DNA from: Macrostomum lignano
Lineage: Eukaryota
Assembly (NCBI GenBank): GCA_002269645.1
Contig: NIVC01003410.1
Span: 35,333 to 99,332, forward strand
DNA length: 64,000 nucleotides
Reading direction: 5' to 3'
The position numbers were made by a program, and so were the translations under genes. Below the pieces are notes generated by a model. The model was not told the DNA's origin. It worked only from the letters and a program-made list of their open reading frames with translations, and made no database searches. Position 1 is the stretch's first letter. Every line of letters begins with the position of its first letter. Shown here piece after piece: positions 62,890 through 64,000 of the stretch.

Positions 62890-64000
62890 GAAGTTTCGAG
62901 CTTGTGAAGATTAAAGCTTGTGAAGATCTAATCTTGTGAAGATTCGAGCTTGTGAGGATTCGACCTAGTGAAGTTTGAGCTTGTGAAGATTCGAGCTTGT
63001 GAGGATTCGAGCTTGTGAGGATTCGAGCTTGTGAGGATTCGAGCTTGTGAGGATTCGAGCTTGTGAGGATTCGAGCTTGTGAGGATTCGAGCTTGTGAGG
63101 ATTCGAGCTTGTGAGGATTCGAGCTTGTGAGGATTCGAGCTTGTGAAGATTCGAGCTTGTGAAGATTCGAGCTTGTAAAGTTTGAGCTTGTGAAGATTTG
63201 AGCTTGTGAAGATTCGAGCTTGTGAGGATTCGAGCTTGTGAGATTCGAGCTTGTGAAGATTCGAGCTTGTGAAGATTCGAGCTTGTGAAGATTCGAGCTT
63301 GTGAAGATTTGAGCTTGTGAAGATTTGAGCTTGTGAAGATTCGAGCTTGTGAAGATTCGAGCTTGTGATGATTCGAGCTTGTGAAGATCCAATCTTGTGA
63401 AGATTTCGAGCTTGTGAAGATTCGAGCTTGTGAAGATCCAATATTGTGAAGATTCGAGCTTGTGAGGATTCGAGCTTGTGAAGATTCGAGCTTGTGAAGA
63501 TTCGAGCTTGTGAAGATTCGAGCTTGTGAAGATTCGAGCTTGTGAAGATTCGAGCTTGTAAAGTTTGAGCTTGTGAAGATTTGAGCTTGTGAAGATCCAA
63601 TCTTGTGAAGATTCGAGCTTGTGAGGATTCGAGCTTGTGAAGATTCGAGCTTGTGAAGATTCGAGCTTGTGAGGATTCGAGCTTGTGAAGATCCAATCTT
63701 GTGAAGATTCGAGCTTGTGAGGATTCGAGCTTGTGAAGATTCGAGCTTGTGAAGATTCGAGCTTGTGAAGATTCGAGCTTGTGAAGATTCGAGCTTGTGA
63801 AGATTCGAGCTTGTGAGGATTCGAGCTTGTGAAGATTCGAGCTTGTGAAGTTTCGAGTTTGTGAAGTTTCGAGCTTGTGAAGATTCGAGCTTGTGAAGAT
63901 TCAAGCTTGTGATGATTCGAGCTTGTGAAGATCCAATCTTGTGAAGATTCGAGCTTGTGAGGATTCGAGCTTGTGAAGATTCGAGCTTGTGAAGATTCGA
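62890..64000. repeat. 15/16-bp minisatellite (TTCGAGCTTGTGAAGA) in the channel gene intron
   Basis: Tandem units; explains the SSQAR ORFs. Confidence 0.95.

Noticed and set aside
62861-63904. SSQAR/LHKLE ORFs
   Set aside because: Translations of the 15/16-bp intronic repeat of the channel gene.

Overview
Eukaryotic, intron-rich animal genomic DNA in which almost every large intron and intergenic gap holds a different minisatellite. The style suggests a free-living flatworm such as Macrostomum (inference, not verified). Most long ORFs in the supplied track are translations of tandem repeats. I reconstructed these genes by hand from GT-AG boundaries and phase arithmetic: the 3' end of PAQR3 (+), a 16-exon nardilysin (-) with one homopolymer frameshift, a 12-exon ankyrin-repeat gene ending in a CaaX box (+), AIP (-), and the first coding exon of a DEG/ENaC channel (+). 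The main discovery is not visible in the ORF track: a tandem family of small two-exon secreted-peptide genes, four at 19966-31670 and a divergent fifth at 56024-57234, all on the minus strand. Each has a signal-peptide exon, a Cys at the predicted +1 position, a phase-1 intron filled with a minisatellite, and a cationic amphipathic module (C-P-x8-K-x2-[FY]-x7-N-K-x-L-[YF]-x2-[AS]-D-K-I-H in three copies). The second notable element is a 2.7-kb non-autonomous DNA transposon (49509-52239, perfect 8-bp TSD) carrying an intronless ORF for a secreted lamin-tail-like protein. Also present are RNase H-bearing non-LTR retrotransposon fragments, CORE-type SINEs, nested MITEs and a telomere-like array.
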